Positions 1-8,601 of a stretch of 64,000 nt of DNA are shown here, piece by piece. Origin of the DNA: Bacteroidales bacterium. Its GTDB lineage: Bacteria; Bacteroidota; Bacteroidia; Bacteroidales; UBA12077. The DNA lies in contig JAZBOG010000003.1 in assembly GCA_036351015.1 (NCBI GenBank), positions 257,102 through 321,101 of the forward strand. Direction: 5' to 3'. Numbering within the stretch: position 1 is the first letter of the stretch; each line of letters opens with the position of its first letter. A program made the position numbers and the translations under genes. Below the pieces are notes generated by a model, which ran no database searches, was not told where the DNA came from, and saw only the letters and a list, made by a program, of their open reading frames with translations.

Positions 1-611
1 TTTACGGTGCCGACCTGGGCTATCAAAACATGTACAATAAAACCGGCTCGGTGCTGGATTATATTTCTGCCATAAAAACCCTGGCGGATGGTATCCGGGT
101 AGGCCAGTTTTTTGATTTCACTACACTAAAACGTTTAGTAACCAATAATCAAAACCTTGATTCTCTCATGTACATTTCGGTACAAAACTTTAACCAAATG
201 GACCGATATTTGCGTGAGAATAACAGGGGAAATTTAAGTTCCTTAATTGTAGCAGGAATATGGATTGAAAGTATGTATCTGCTGGGGGGTGTGGTTAAAG
301 AATCTCCCAATGCTGAGCTGGCTGAAAAAATTGGGGAACAAAAGATCATTTTAAATAACTTAATGTTGCTCCTAAAAAATTATGACCGCGATCCGAAGTT
401 TAATGATCTGATTAAGGATCTGCAAGAGATCCAAACGATATATCGGGAGGTAACCATTACCTATGAAAAAGGAGAACCTGAGGCAGTTGAAGAGGATGGA
501 ATGCTGGTAATCAAACAAAATGACAAACAGTTCATTGAGATATCCAATGAAACCATGATGAAGATTATAGACAAAACTGCCGAAATACGTAATAAAATAA
601 TACACTTGTAA
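1..611 (+). CDS. hypothetical protein, 5' end outside the window
   Basis: The frame is open from base 3 (YGADLGYQN precedes the listed Met at 30) to the TAA at 609-611. I recognise no family motif. The stop lies 2 nt before the next start, so this gene is probably co-transcribed with 614..1066. Confidence 0.4.
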   Translation, partial: YGADLGYQNMYNKTGSVLDYISAIKTLADGIRVGQFFDFTTLKRLVTNNQNLDSLMYISVQNFNQMDRYLRENNRGNLSSLIVAGIWIESMYLLGGVVKESPNAELAEKIGEQKIILNNLMLLLKNYDRDPKFNDLIKDLQEIQTIYREVTITYEKGEPEAVEEDGMLVIKQNDKQFIEISNETMMKIIDKTAEIRNKIIHL

Positions 612-613
612 AT

Positions 614-1066
614 ATGAGAAATATACCCGCAATACTCATCTTTCTTGCAATTATTGTAGCAGGGAATTTAACTACTGCAAAAGCTCAATCAGGTCAGGAG
701 CTGGTTGATATTTGCAGTATGATTGCCGGAGACGAGGTAACCTATCTGAAAGACTTTCCCATCAAACTGGATGCAGCCAAACCAGGCGAAGAACCTCCAA
801 CCGCAAGATTCTCTGTGGTATTGAGCAAAAATACCCAATACCGGTTTACGGTGTGTAATTCAAAAGATTATTCCGGACAAGCTATCTTACAACTTTTTGA
901 CAATAACCGGTTGCTGGGAACCAACTTTGTCGTGGCCACCGGAAAAACCTATCCCTCCTTCGACTTTAAGTGTACATCCACCGGGGTATATCATATCTTT
1001 GTTACCTTTAAGGAAGGAGAACAGGGATTAGCCGTAACGATGCTTTCCTTTGTTAAAAAACTGTAA
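614..1066 (+). CDS. secreted hypothetical protein
   Basis: The N-terminus MRNIPAILIFLAIIVAGNLTTAKAQ looks like a signal peptide. The 150-aa ORF is tightly coupled to the upstream ORF. I recognise no catalytic motif. Confidence 0.45.
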   Translation: MRNIPAILIFLAIIVAGNLTTAKAQSGQELVDICSMIAGDEVTYLKDFPIKLDAAKPGEEPPTARFSVVLSKNTQYRFTVCNSKDYSGQAILQLFDNNRLLGTNFVVATGKTYPSFDFKCTSTGVYHIFVTFKEGEQGLAVTMLSFVKKL

Positions 1067-1107
1067 AAAATCAATTTTTCTCTGCACTGCAAATAAATAC
1101 AATCTAC

Positions 1108-2103
1108 CTAGGAATGGGCTATGATTTGTATGAATACCAACGATCCGGCCATCAATAACAACATTATATTTAAATACCACCGGGAACGAATGGAATAAAA
1201 ATATTCTGTATACAGAAAGGATATGGGAAGTGCCAGGAAATAGATCATTTCATAACCTGCATTTTCAAAAAAGATAAAAACCATAACGCCAATAAGAAAG
1301 ATCCACCAGTTAATCTCAAAATATTTCCGGTTTTTTATCTTCTTCTTATGAAAATCTGCTATCACCTTAAAGCTTGCCAGGACAATGATCAGAAATAGTA
1401 ACCCATAAAAAATATAATAACTGTAATAAACAGGAGCAATGTTTCGTAATATGGTAAAATGATTTAAAATAGTCTCTTTCAGTACCAGCAGTTTATCTAA
1501 ATCAAGAAAAACATAATAGTAGGTAAAAACAAATAAAAAGGGTGTTAAAAACCCCAGCAGGCTGACAATCCACTCACGCCCGACAAACGGGCGTAAAATG
1601 GTGAGGGCAATCCATATCACGAGAAAAAACACTGCAAAAGGGGGCCAGAACATACTAGCAAAAGACACGAATAATCCCGCCATATACAGACGGTTTAACG
1701 CATAATCCCTGCGGTAAATATCATAGATAAAATTAAGGGCAATAAACATAAATAATGTTCCCGGCAGTACCGGATTAATTCGCTGTAACGGCACAAAACT
1801 ACCGGCAATAAGCACATAAAAAAAAGCAGGTAAGTAGGTTCGGTAATTGATCAGGATATATTTTCGGTTAAACTGTACCAGTAAAAACGCCTGGGTTATC
1901 AATAAAAGCAAGGTAACTATCAGCGATCCGAAAGACTGATACTGCAAATACTGATCAATATACCTGTAAAATAATACCGGTTGTTTGTCAAAAGTGAAGG
2001 AGCCAACAACTGGTTGAATGAAATTTCCGATCCACAAAGCAATAGATCCTAATACAATGAAAAAAATAACTACGGGTTTGTTGCTTTTTAAAATACTTAT
2101 CAT
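1108..2103 (-). CDS. polytopic inner-membrane protein of unknown function
   Basis: The 331-aa ORF consists almost entirely of hydrophobic Phe/Leu/Ile/Tyr-rich segments, roughly 9-10 predicted TM helices. It lies directly downstream of purD on the same strand. Confidence 0.5.
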   Translation of the reverse strand: MISILKSNKPVVIFFIVLGSIALWIGNFIQPVVGSFTFDKQPVLFYRYIDQYLQYQSFGSLIVTLLLLITQAFLLVQFNRKYILINYRTYLPAFFYVLIAGSFVPLQRINPVLPGTLFMFIALNFIYDIYRRDYALNRLYMAGLFVSFASMFWPPFAVFFLVIWIALTILRPFVGREWIVSLLGFLTPFLFVFTYYYVFLDLDKLLVLKETILNHFTILRNIAPVYYSYYIFYGLLFLIIVLASFKVIADFHKKKIKNRKYFEINWWIFLIGVMVFIFFENAGYEMIYFLALPISFLYTEYFYSIRSRWYLNIMLLLMAGSLVFIQIIAHS

Positions 2104-2108
2104 AGATC

Positions 2109-3380
2109 TTATTTTAAATCCTTGCCAATATCCTTACGATAATATTTTTTTTCGAATTGAATATTTTCAGCATTCCGATAACTTAATTCCAGGGCATCGA
2201 AAATATTAGTTCCATAGGAGGTGACTGCAATAACTCTCCCTCCATTGGTAACCAGTTGGTCCTCCTTATAGGTAGTGCCGGCATGAAAAAGAATGGAATC
2301 CTCTATCGGAGCTTGGGTACGTATGGCCTTTCCTTTGTCATATTTACCGGGATAACCTCCGGATACAAGCATAACTGTTGCCGCAGCCTTTTCCTCAATG
2401 TAAAAAGAGGCGTCGCTTAAGGTCTGATCGGCTACATGGGTAAACAGGGTTAACAAATCTGTTTTTATCCGCGGGATTACCACCTCAGCTTCAGGATCAC
2501 CCATACGAACATTATACTCAATAACATAGGGTTCTCCATGTACATTCATCAATCCGAAAAAGATAAACCCCCGGTAATCAATTTTTTGCTGTTGCAGACC
2601 TTCAAGGGTAGGCTGAATAATTCTTTTTTCCACTTTATCCATAAAATGCTTATCTGCAAAAGAAACCGGTGAAACAGCCCCCATCCCGCCGGTATTAAGG
2701 CCCGTGTCACCTTCGCCAATGCGCTTGTAATCCTTCGCTTCGGGGAGGATCTTATAGGATTTACCATCGGTAAGCACAAAAACGGAAAGCTCGATTCCTG
2801 AAAGAAACTCCTCAATTACCACCGTCTGGCTGGCTTTGCCAAACTTACCTTTCAACATGGTATCCAGGGCTATTTGAGCTTCGTCGAGATCCTCAAGGAT
2901 AAGTACTCCTTTTCCTGCGGCCAGACCATCGGCCTTCAGCACATAGGGAGGTTTCAGGGTTTCTAAAAACCGCCTGCCTTCGTTCAGGGTTTTCAGGGTA
3001 CAAGACTGGTACCTGGCCGTTGGAATATGGTACCTGTTCATAAACGATTTGGCAAAATCCTTGCTCCCCTCAAGCACAGCACCTGCCTTTACTGGTCCGA
3101 TCACCGGTATAGAAGTCAGTTCAGGCTGAGCCAAAAAATAATCATGGATTCCGTCAACCAGGGGTTGTTCCGGGCCAACCACCACCAGGTCAACCTTGTG
3201 ATCCAGCACAAATTTTTTGATTGCCCCAAAATCATTCCCCGCCAGCGGAACATTCTCCCCCAACGCCTGGGTGCCTGCATTGCCAGGCGCAATATAAAGG
3301 CGGGTTAGCTGTTTGCTTTTGCTGAGCTTCCATGCCAGGGCATGCTCTCTTCCTCCGGAGCCGATGAGAAGTATATTCAT
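2109..3380 (-). CDS. purD: phosphoribosylamine--glycine ligase (GAR synthetase)
   Basis: The N-terminus MNILLIGSGGREHALAWKL, an ATP-grasp core and the length of 423 aa are typical of PurD. Confidence 0.95.
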   Translation of the reverse strand: MNILLIGSGGREHALAWKLSKSKQLTRLYIAPGNAGTQALGENVPLAGNDFGAIKKFVLDHKVDLVVVGPEQPLVDGIHDYFLAQPELTSIPVIGPVKAGAVLEGSKDFAKSFMNRYHIPTARYQSCTLKTLNEGRRFLETLKPPYVLKADGLAAGKGVLILEDLDEAQIALDTMLKGKFGKASQTVVIEEFLSGIELSVFVLTDGKSYKILPEAKDYKRIGEGDTGLNTGGMGAVSPVSFADKHFMDKVEKRIIQPTLEGLQQQKIDYRGFIFFGLMNVHGEPYVIEYNVRMGDPEAEVVIPRIKTDLLTLFTHVADQTLSDASFYIEEKAAATVMLVSGGYPGKYDKGKAIRTQAPIEDSILFHAGTTYKEDQLVTNGGRVIAVTSYGTNIFDALELSYRNAENIQFEKKYYRKDIGKDLK

Positions 3381-3458
3381 AAATAAATGTTTTTTTGACG
3401 TTGATTAATTCAATGTAAACATATAAAATCTTAGGCATTATCGATTAAACTTTTTCCC

Positions 3459-3490
3459 AAAAAATAAAGCCCCTGCTTGCAGAGGCTTTA
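3459..3490 (-). terminator. rho-independent terminator after the T9SS cargo gene
   Basis: On the minus strand, aaagcctctgc / gcaggggcttt forms a stem with one mismatch. It is followed by a T-run (the plus-strand aaaaaa at 3459-3465), just past the stop at 3513. Confidence 0.5.
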
Positions 3491-3512
3491 TAAAAAACAT
3501 AATATCAACAGT

Positions 3513-6500
3513 TTATTGAAAAATTACTTTTTCCTGGTAGGAGGATCCTTCGGTACTCACCCGGACAAAGTATATTCCTTTGGCATAATCAGATAAATCC
3601 AGTTTCTTCTTCAATTTACCCCTGGTTTCGATCACCTCGTGATATACCCGTTGACCGGAAATATTAAGGATTTCGAGGGCATATTTCTTTTGCTGTTCAA
3701 TGGCTATCTCCACGGTAATGTGGTTGGATGTGGGGTTCGGGTAGATGCGGATATTTCCGGCAACATTTAAAAACTCAACAGATGTGGAAGAGCCCACAGT
3801 CAGGTTGGTTGTAACCGGTCCGCAGCTGTTATCGTCGGTAATTTCGAGGAGATAATCGTCGGGACTCAGGTTTTCAAATATTCCGGTTTCATTCACCACA
3901 TCCCCGGGTGTTAAGGTATAGGATAATGTTCCGGTACCGCCTGCAGCTTCAACAGTGATCGAACCGTCGGAGGCGGATTCGGACGAAGCATCGGTCACAT
4001 TCTCGGACACAATGGTAATGGCAGCGGGTTCCTCAACGTCAACCGAAAGGTTGGCTTCACAGCCATGATCATCTACCACGATCAGATCGTATGTTCCTGC
4101 GCCCACAGATCCCTGGTCTTCAACATCCGCTACCTGTCCTGATCCGTCGGAGGTAGTCCATGCATAGATATACGGAAGGGTACCCCCGGTTGCCGTAACA
4201 TTTATCGTTCCATCCTCGGCCCCATTGCAAAGGGCATCGGTAACTTCTGTAAGTTCAACCGCAAGGGGTGCAGCGGGTTCGGTAATTACCACACTATCCT
4301 CGTACATACAGTTGTGGGCATCGGTAGCAGTAAAAGAGTAGGTTCCGGGAGTTAATCCCGATTGATCTTTCTGGGTTGGAACCAGTCCCGACCCGTTATC
4401 GGTAGTCCAGAAATAGCTGAAAGTCGGCGTACCGCCGGATACGGCAAGTTGTACGGCACCATCATTCCCACCATTACATGATACATTATATACGGTTTTA
4501 TTCACCTGGATTGCCGGGGGTTGGGTAAGGTTCACACTCGATGATTTATGGCAACCGTTGGCATCGGTAACCGTAACGGTATAAAATCCTGCATCCAGAC
4601 CGTCGGCAATTTGAGTACTCTGACTTCCCGGGTCGTTCCACAGGTAGCTATAAGGTTCAGTTCCACCGCTGCGGAGTACCGTAAGCTCACCGTCGTAATC
4701 GCCATGGCAGGTAGGACTATTCACCACTTCGGCAGTGGCCAGCACTTCGGTAGGCTGGGTAATCTCATAGCCGGTAACGGTAAACTCACATTCGTTGGCG
4801 TCAGTTACTGTAATGCTGTAAGTGCCGATGCCCACATTGGTCAGGTCCTGAGTGGTAGCCCCGGTATTCCAGCTGTAGCTGTAGGGCATCTCCCCGGCAG
4901 TGGTAATATGCACATCGATATACCCATCGGTATCGCCGTAGCAGTCGAGCAGGCTGGTTGACGAGGGAGTGATCTCCCCGGCAAAGGTATAACCCAGCTC
5001 GCCGATGGTAACATTAACCACATCCACCAGGTCGGGTTCGGCTTCCACATCGGTAACCGTAACAGAGTAGGTTTGTCCGGAAGCCAGGTTGATGGCTTCG
5101 GCGGTGGTTTGACCACCGGCATTGGCATCCCACTGGTAGGTGATATCGGTGTGTCCGTCCACTGAAAAATAGCTTACGGTAGCTTTCCCGTTGGTGGTTC
5201 CCGGACAGGCATCTTTGGAGTGGGAAATATAGGCATAGAATGTGGTCTGATCCAGCACATTGAAGGTGGTATCGAACACGCATCCATTGTTGTCGGTAGC
5301 GGTCACCGAGTAGCTTCCCGGGTCGAGATCTGCAATATCTTCGGTTTCTGCAGTAAAGCCCGAGGGTCCTTCCCAGCTGAAGGTAACCGTTCCGGTTCCT
5401 CCCTGGTACACCAGGTCGATGGCTCCCAGGTCAGCTGGGCCGGTATAGTGGGTTACCACGGATTCCCCGAAGGTAACGGGCTTAGGCCCGGTAAGGATTA
5501 TAGCCGTATCGGCAGTACATCCTTCGGCATCGGTAACGGTAACACAATAGGTTCCGGCAGTCAGGCCGGTTTGGTCTTCGGAGGTCAGGCTAACGCCCGA
5601 TCCGCCTTCGCTTTCGAACCAGTAATAGGTATTTCCTCCATTGCCGCCGGTAACGCTGATGTCTATTTCGCCTTCGCCGCTATAACTACAGGTGGTAACA
5701 TGCGTTACCGAGGGGTTAAAAAGGAAAGAATCCGGTTCGGCCAGGGTATGTAGTGCAATGGCGGAAGAGTCGAGGGCATCAGTTACGGTCACCGAGTAGG
5801 TTCCGGCAGATAATCCGGTAGCGGTTGAATCATTTAAGCCAGGATCGTGGTTCCAGGCGTAGGTATAGGGCGAAACGCCAAAGTAGGGGGTAACCACCAG
5901 CTCGCCGTCGGTACTTCCATAGCAGGTGGGGTTGGTTTTTTTGGTGAAGGTGGCATTTAACTCGGGGATAAACTGGGCCAGAATTCCATTATAAGTTCCG
6001 GTTGAATTAAAAAGTGTTCCCTCTCCGATTTGTAAACTTGCTGATCTATAAGCTCCGCCAAAAGTATTTATTCCATCTGAAGAAATTTCCAGAATATCTC
6101 CTTGATCAACTCCTCCTTCACCATATAAACTTGAAGCAAACAAAGTATTGCCTAAATTATCCAGACCTGCAACATAAATATCTAAATCTGATGAAGAACT
6201 TGAATTAATCGTATCGTCACCAAAAACCAATTCATCTGAAAAATATCCTGAAATATATAACTTATTTCTACGGGAAAGGATTACTTTGGCTACATCATTT
6301 CCAATACCTCCATAACCACGAGACCACAATAAATTCCCGTTTTTGTTATATTTATGGATAAAAATATCATTGGATCCACTGGTGCTTAAAATGACATTAC
6401 TGGTCAATGTTTCCGTGGAATCCGCATAAAATTCCGTGCCACTAAAATATCCGGTAAAATAAATATTCCCATAATCATCCTGTGTAATTGTGCCTGTATA

Positions 6501-7346
6501 ATCATTGTTATTCCCATAGGATTGCCTCACCCACAACCCATTCCCATCAAAATCAGTTTTGTATAAATAAACATCAGATTTATTGGTAATATAACTGGAT
6601 ATTGTTTTTACATCTAAATATAAATCCCCAAGAAAAATACCATTAAAATAATATCCGTCGTTAAAAGCGCTTATCGATGTTAATTTTCCAGTACCTGAAG
6701 AATTAAGAATATTGTCAACCCAAAGGTAATTTCCATCATCATCTAATTTAAAAATATAATTATTTGTTCCTGTTCCTCTTAAGGTATCGTCAGAATAAAT
6801 AAGAGAATCGACATAATCACCTACCAGTATAATATTGTTTGATTTATCTATATCAATTCCGTTAATATATTGTGTAGATTCACCCCAAGCTATTTTTTTG
6901 GACCATAGAAAACTTCCATTAATGTTATATTTTGCCAAAAACACATCATAAGAACCGGCATCACTTATTAAAGAATCTTGATTTTCGTTGAAATAACAGG
7001 TATCCTGGAAAATTCCGGTTACAAAAATATTGTGATATTGATCTAGTTTCAGATCAATATATAAAAGTTCATTTCCTTTACCCCCAATGGTTTTAATCCA
7101 AACAGGTTGTAGGTCACTAGAAATTTTAGCAATGAAGAAATCAAAACCTCCATTAGAGTTTATAGTATCACCAATGCTATTTTGAAAATGCCCGGCAATA
7201 TAGATATTATCATTCTCATCAATATCATTGGAAAGAATTCTCACATTTCCGGATGAATTAACTTCAAGATAATCTTTCCAAGTTTGTGCAGATGTAATTG
7301 CTGTAATAAAAACAAAAAAATTCAATAAAAATATTAGTTTTTTCAT
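3513..7346 (-). CDS. large T9SS-secreted surface protein: signal peptide, beta-propeller-like N-terminal half, nine SprB-type repeats and a type A C-terminal sorting domain
   Basis: The signal peptide is MKKLIFLLNFFVFITAITSAQ. The N-terminal ~465 aa carry recurring YI.G.F....F / D.F..K motifs (SBBP/propeller-like). There are nine repeats of the pattern C.G..DG.I.....GG..PY.Y.W......T....L.AGTY.VTVTD..GC. The C-terminus IYPNPTSNHITVEI...GIYFVRV...KVIFQ matches a Por/T9SS sorting domain. Confidence 0.85.
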   Translation of the reverse strand: MKKLIFLLNFFVFITAITSAQTWKDYLEVNSSGNVRILSNDIDENDNIYIAGHFQNSIGDTINSNGGFDFFIAKISSDLQPVWIKTIGGKGNELLYIDLKLDQYHNIFVTGIFQDTCYFNENQDSLISDAGSYDVFLAKYNINGSFLWSKKIAWGESTQYINGIDIDKSNNIILVGDYVDSLIYSDDTLRGTGTNNYIFKLDDDGNYLWVDNILNSSGTGKLTSISAFNDGYYFNGIFLGDLYLDVKTISSYITNKSDVYLYKTDFDGNGLWVRQSYGNNNDYTGTITQDDYGNIYFTGYFSGTEFYADSTETLTSNVILSTSGSNDIFIHKYNKNGNLLWSRGYGGIGNDVAKVILSRRNKLYISGYFSDELVFGDDTINSSSSSDLDIYVAGLDNLGNTLFASSLYGEGGVDQGDILEISSDGINTFGGAYRSASLQIGEGTLFNSTGTYNGILAQFIPELNATFTKKTNPTCYGSTDGELVVTPYFGVSPYTYAWNHDPGLNDSTATGLSAGTYSVTVTDALDSSAIALHTLAEPDSFLFNPSVTHVTTCSYSGEGEIDISVTGGNGGNTYYWFESEGGSGVSLTSEDQTGLTAGTYCVTVTDAEGCTADTAIILTGPKPVTFGESVVTHYTGPADLGAIDLVYQGGTGTVTFSWEGPSGFTAETEDIADLDPGSYSVTATDNNGCVFDTTFNVLDQTTFYAYISHSKDACPGTTNGKATVSYFSVDGHTDITYQWDANAGGQTTAEAINLASGQTYSVTVTDVEAEPDLVDVVNVTIGELGYTFAGEITPSSTSLLDCYGDTDGYIDVHITTAGEMPYSYSWNTGATTQDLTNVGIGTYSITVTDANECEFTVTGYEITQPTEVLATAEVVNSPTCHGDYDGELTVLRSGGTEPYSYLWNDPGSQSTQIADGLDAGFYTVTVTDANGCHKSSSVNLTQPPAIQVNKTVYNVSCNGGNDGAVQLAVSGGTPTFSYFWTTDNGSGLVPTQKDQSGLTPGTYSFTATDAHNCMYEDSVVITEPAAPLAVELTEVTDALCNGAEDGTINVTATGGTLPYIYAWTTSDGSGQVADVEDQGSVGAGTYDLIVVDDHGCEANLSVDVEEPAAITIVSENVTDASSESASDGSITVEAAGGTGTLSYTLTPGDVVNETGIFENLSPDDYLLEITDDNSCGPVTTNLTVGSSTSVEFLNVAGNIRIYPNPTSNHITVEIAIEQQKKYALEILNISGQRVYHEVIETRGKLKKKLDLSDYAKGIYFVRVSTEGSSYQEKVIFQ
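3780..5933 (-). repeat. array of nine tandem SprB-type coding repeats (~75-80 aa each) inside the T9SS cargo gene
   Basis: The repeat ends recur as SVTVTDALDSS, CVTVTDAEGC, SVTATDNNGC, SVTVTDVEAEP, SITVTDANEC, TVTVTDANGC, SFTATDAHNC, DLIVVDDHGC and LLEITDDNSC. The repeats are diverged at the DNA level. Confidence 0.7.
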
Positions 7347-7357
7347 GAAGTTCTTTT

Positions 7358-7513
7358 TTAACTCTCATAAATATAATCTTCAGTAGGATCAAGACCATTC
7401 CCTCCTTCTGTTTTCATTTTATCCAGGGAAAAAAGTTTTGGCATTTCCCAGGTTAACTTCGTATTATGTAGAGGTGTGTTTTTCTCTTCCAGTGTTCTCT
7501 CTTTCTCGTCCAT
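7358..7513 (-). CDS. candidate lasso-peptide precursor (51 aa): MDEKERTLEEKNTPLHNTKLTWEMPKLFSLDKMKTE|GGNGLDPTEDYIYES
   Basis: This is the first ATG of the 64-aa ORF; the TTG at 7552 overlaps a promoter box. It lies downstream of B1/B2 on the same strand. The leader has WEMPKL (a YxxPxL-type recognition motif) and Thr at -2 before Gly1. The core has Glu9 as a possible macrolactam acceptor and ends in Ser. Confidence 0.45.
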   Translation of the reverse strand: MDEKERTLEEKNTPLHNTKLTWEMPKLFSLDKMKTEGGNGLDPTEDYIYES

Positions 7514-7549
7514 ATCTTCACATTTTAACTTTTCACAACAAAAATGGTG

Positions 7550-7557
7550 CAAATATA
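7550..7557 (-). promoter_or_regulatory. Bacteroidota sigma-A -7 box (TAnnTTTG) upstream of the precursor ORF
   Basis: The minus strand reads TATATTTG about 37 nt upstream of the ATG at 7513. I saw no clean -33 TTTG element. Confidence 0.3.
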
Positions 7558-7674
7558 CACTTTGTGCCTTAAATTATATATTTTAGAGTAAATTTATTGC
7601 TTTTTTATCTGAAAACCCAAATTTTCGTTAAATTATTGATTAAACGACAGTTTGGATTGATAAAAATCTTGTTG

Positions 7675-8112
7675 TCAGCTATAAAAACCAACTACCGTAA
7701 ATTCTTTGTGCCCCTTTTCTCCAGCCACTACTTTGCCTCCGGCTTTGAGCCAGGCGTGGGCTTTTAAGCCCTCACCCTCTCCTTTCTTCACCCCCAGGTA
7801 CAAGGTACTGCCCAGGCCATAAACTTTTAACACTTTTTTTACCGCGATGGCCTCTTCAAAGCATTTTACCTTCCACGGCAACCGCCGTTTCATCCGCCGC
7901 AGGGCATGCTGTGCTCTGCCAATCAACTCCTCCTGCCCTTCCTTCAAAACATCCTTATTCTCATTCCGAAAAGCCCCTAACCGGTGCGAAAACCATCGCA
8001 AGGGCAACCACCTTACCCATACAAACGACACCACCAGCCAGTAAAAGGTTTGCCAAAGCAACCGTTTTTCCTGCCGCGGGGCGTTTAAATATTTACTAAA
8101 CAAATGAAACAT
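7675..8112 (-). CDS. lasso peptide biosynthesis B2 protein (transglutaminase-core leader peptidase)
   Basis: The 145-aa size fits. The Cys is in KVKCFEEAIAVKKVL and the His in GLKAHAWLKAGGKVVAGE, which is the typical B2 / Transglut_core3 signature. The gene is adjacent to a PqqD-like gene. Confidence 0.8.
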   Translation of the reverse strand: MFHLFSKYLNAPRQEKRLLWQTFYWLVVSFVWVRWLPLRWFSHRLGAFRNENKDVLKEGQEELIGRAQHALRRMKRRLPWKVKCFEEAIAVKKVLKVYGLGSTLYLGVKKGEGEGLKAHAWLKAGGKVVAGEKGHKEFTVVGFYS

Positions 8113-8156
8113 GAAAAAGTTCTTTTCTTAAGTCATCGGATGACTAATAAACATGA

Positions 8157-8435
8157 TTAGGTTGTAACAATTAGCTTTTTTTCTGCCAGATCGTTTAAAA
8201 AAGGGAGTATATCCTGCAGACACTTTTCCCGGCTTACTTCATATTTTTCGGTAATTAAATCAGCCAGGTCTTTTATCGTAATTGGTTTCTCGATGTTATC
8301 CCAAATAAAACTGCCGGTTTTTCCCAGTCCGTAATATTCGCCTTGCTGGATGCTCATCATTACTTTTTCGCCGTCGATATCGCTGGCCAGGATATCGTTG
8401 TTTCGCTGGATGATGTTATTTTCTGTTAGTTTCAT
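8157..8435 (-). CDS. PqqD-family RiPP recognition element (lasso B1)
   Basis: The 92-aa protein carries DGEKVMMSIQQGEYYGLGKTGSFIWDNIEKPITIKDL...EKCLQDILPFLNDLAEKKLI, the classic PqqD pattern. Confidence 0.85.
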   Translation of the reverse strand: MKLTENNIIQRNNDILASDIDGEKVMMSIQQGEYYGLGKTGSFIWDNIEKPITIKDLADLITEKYEVSREKCLQDILPFLNDLAEKKLIVTT

Positions 8436-8601
8436 TGATACTAGTTCGTTTATTTTATTCTCATTTTTTCTCGCAGCGACTCGTCCCGCTAGTCCCGAAA
8501 GCTATTGGGACACAAAGTCTTTTGCAAAGCATCGCAGAAAAACTGCTTCCTGTTGCCTGCCTCCGGCAGGTAAACTGGTTACTGCCGCTAATAATTTTAA
8601 T

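Noticed and set aside
4548-5753. Several 90-177-aa ORFs (4548-4961 +, 4841-5128 -, 5014-5283 -, 5220-5753 +) inside the T9SS gene
   Set aside because: They overlap the SprB-repeat region in other frames or on the other strand. The region is GC-rich and stop-poor. The translations are Gly/Arg/Pro-rich with no motifs.
7514-7552. TTG-initiated 13-codon N-terminal extension (MHHFCCEKLKCED) of the precursor ORF
   Set aside because: The TTG at 7550-7552 lies inside the TATATTTG -7 box. The first ATG is at 7513, so the extension is probably 5' UTR.
8462-8533. A 23-codon minus-strand ORF (MLCKRLCVPIAFGTSGTSRCEKK) in the sulfotransferase-B1 spacer, considered as an alternative lasso precursor
   Set aside because: It has no YxxPxL-type leader motif. 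Any Thr-x-Gly cleavage would leave a core of at most about 8 residues with no suitably placed Asp/Glu. The region is better explained by RNA hairpins.
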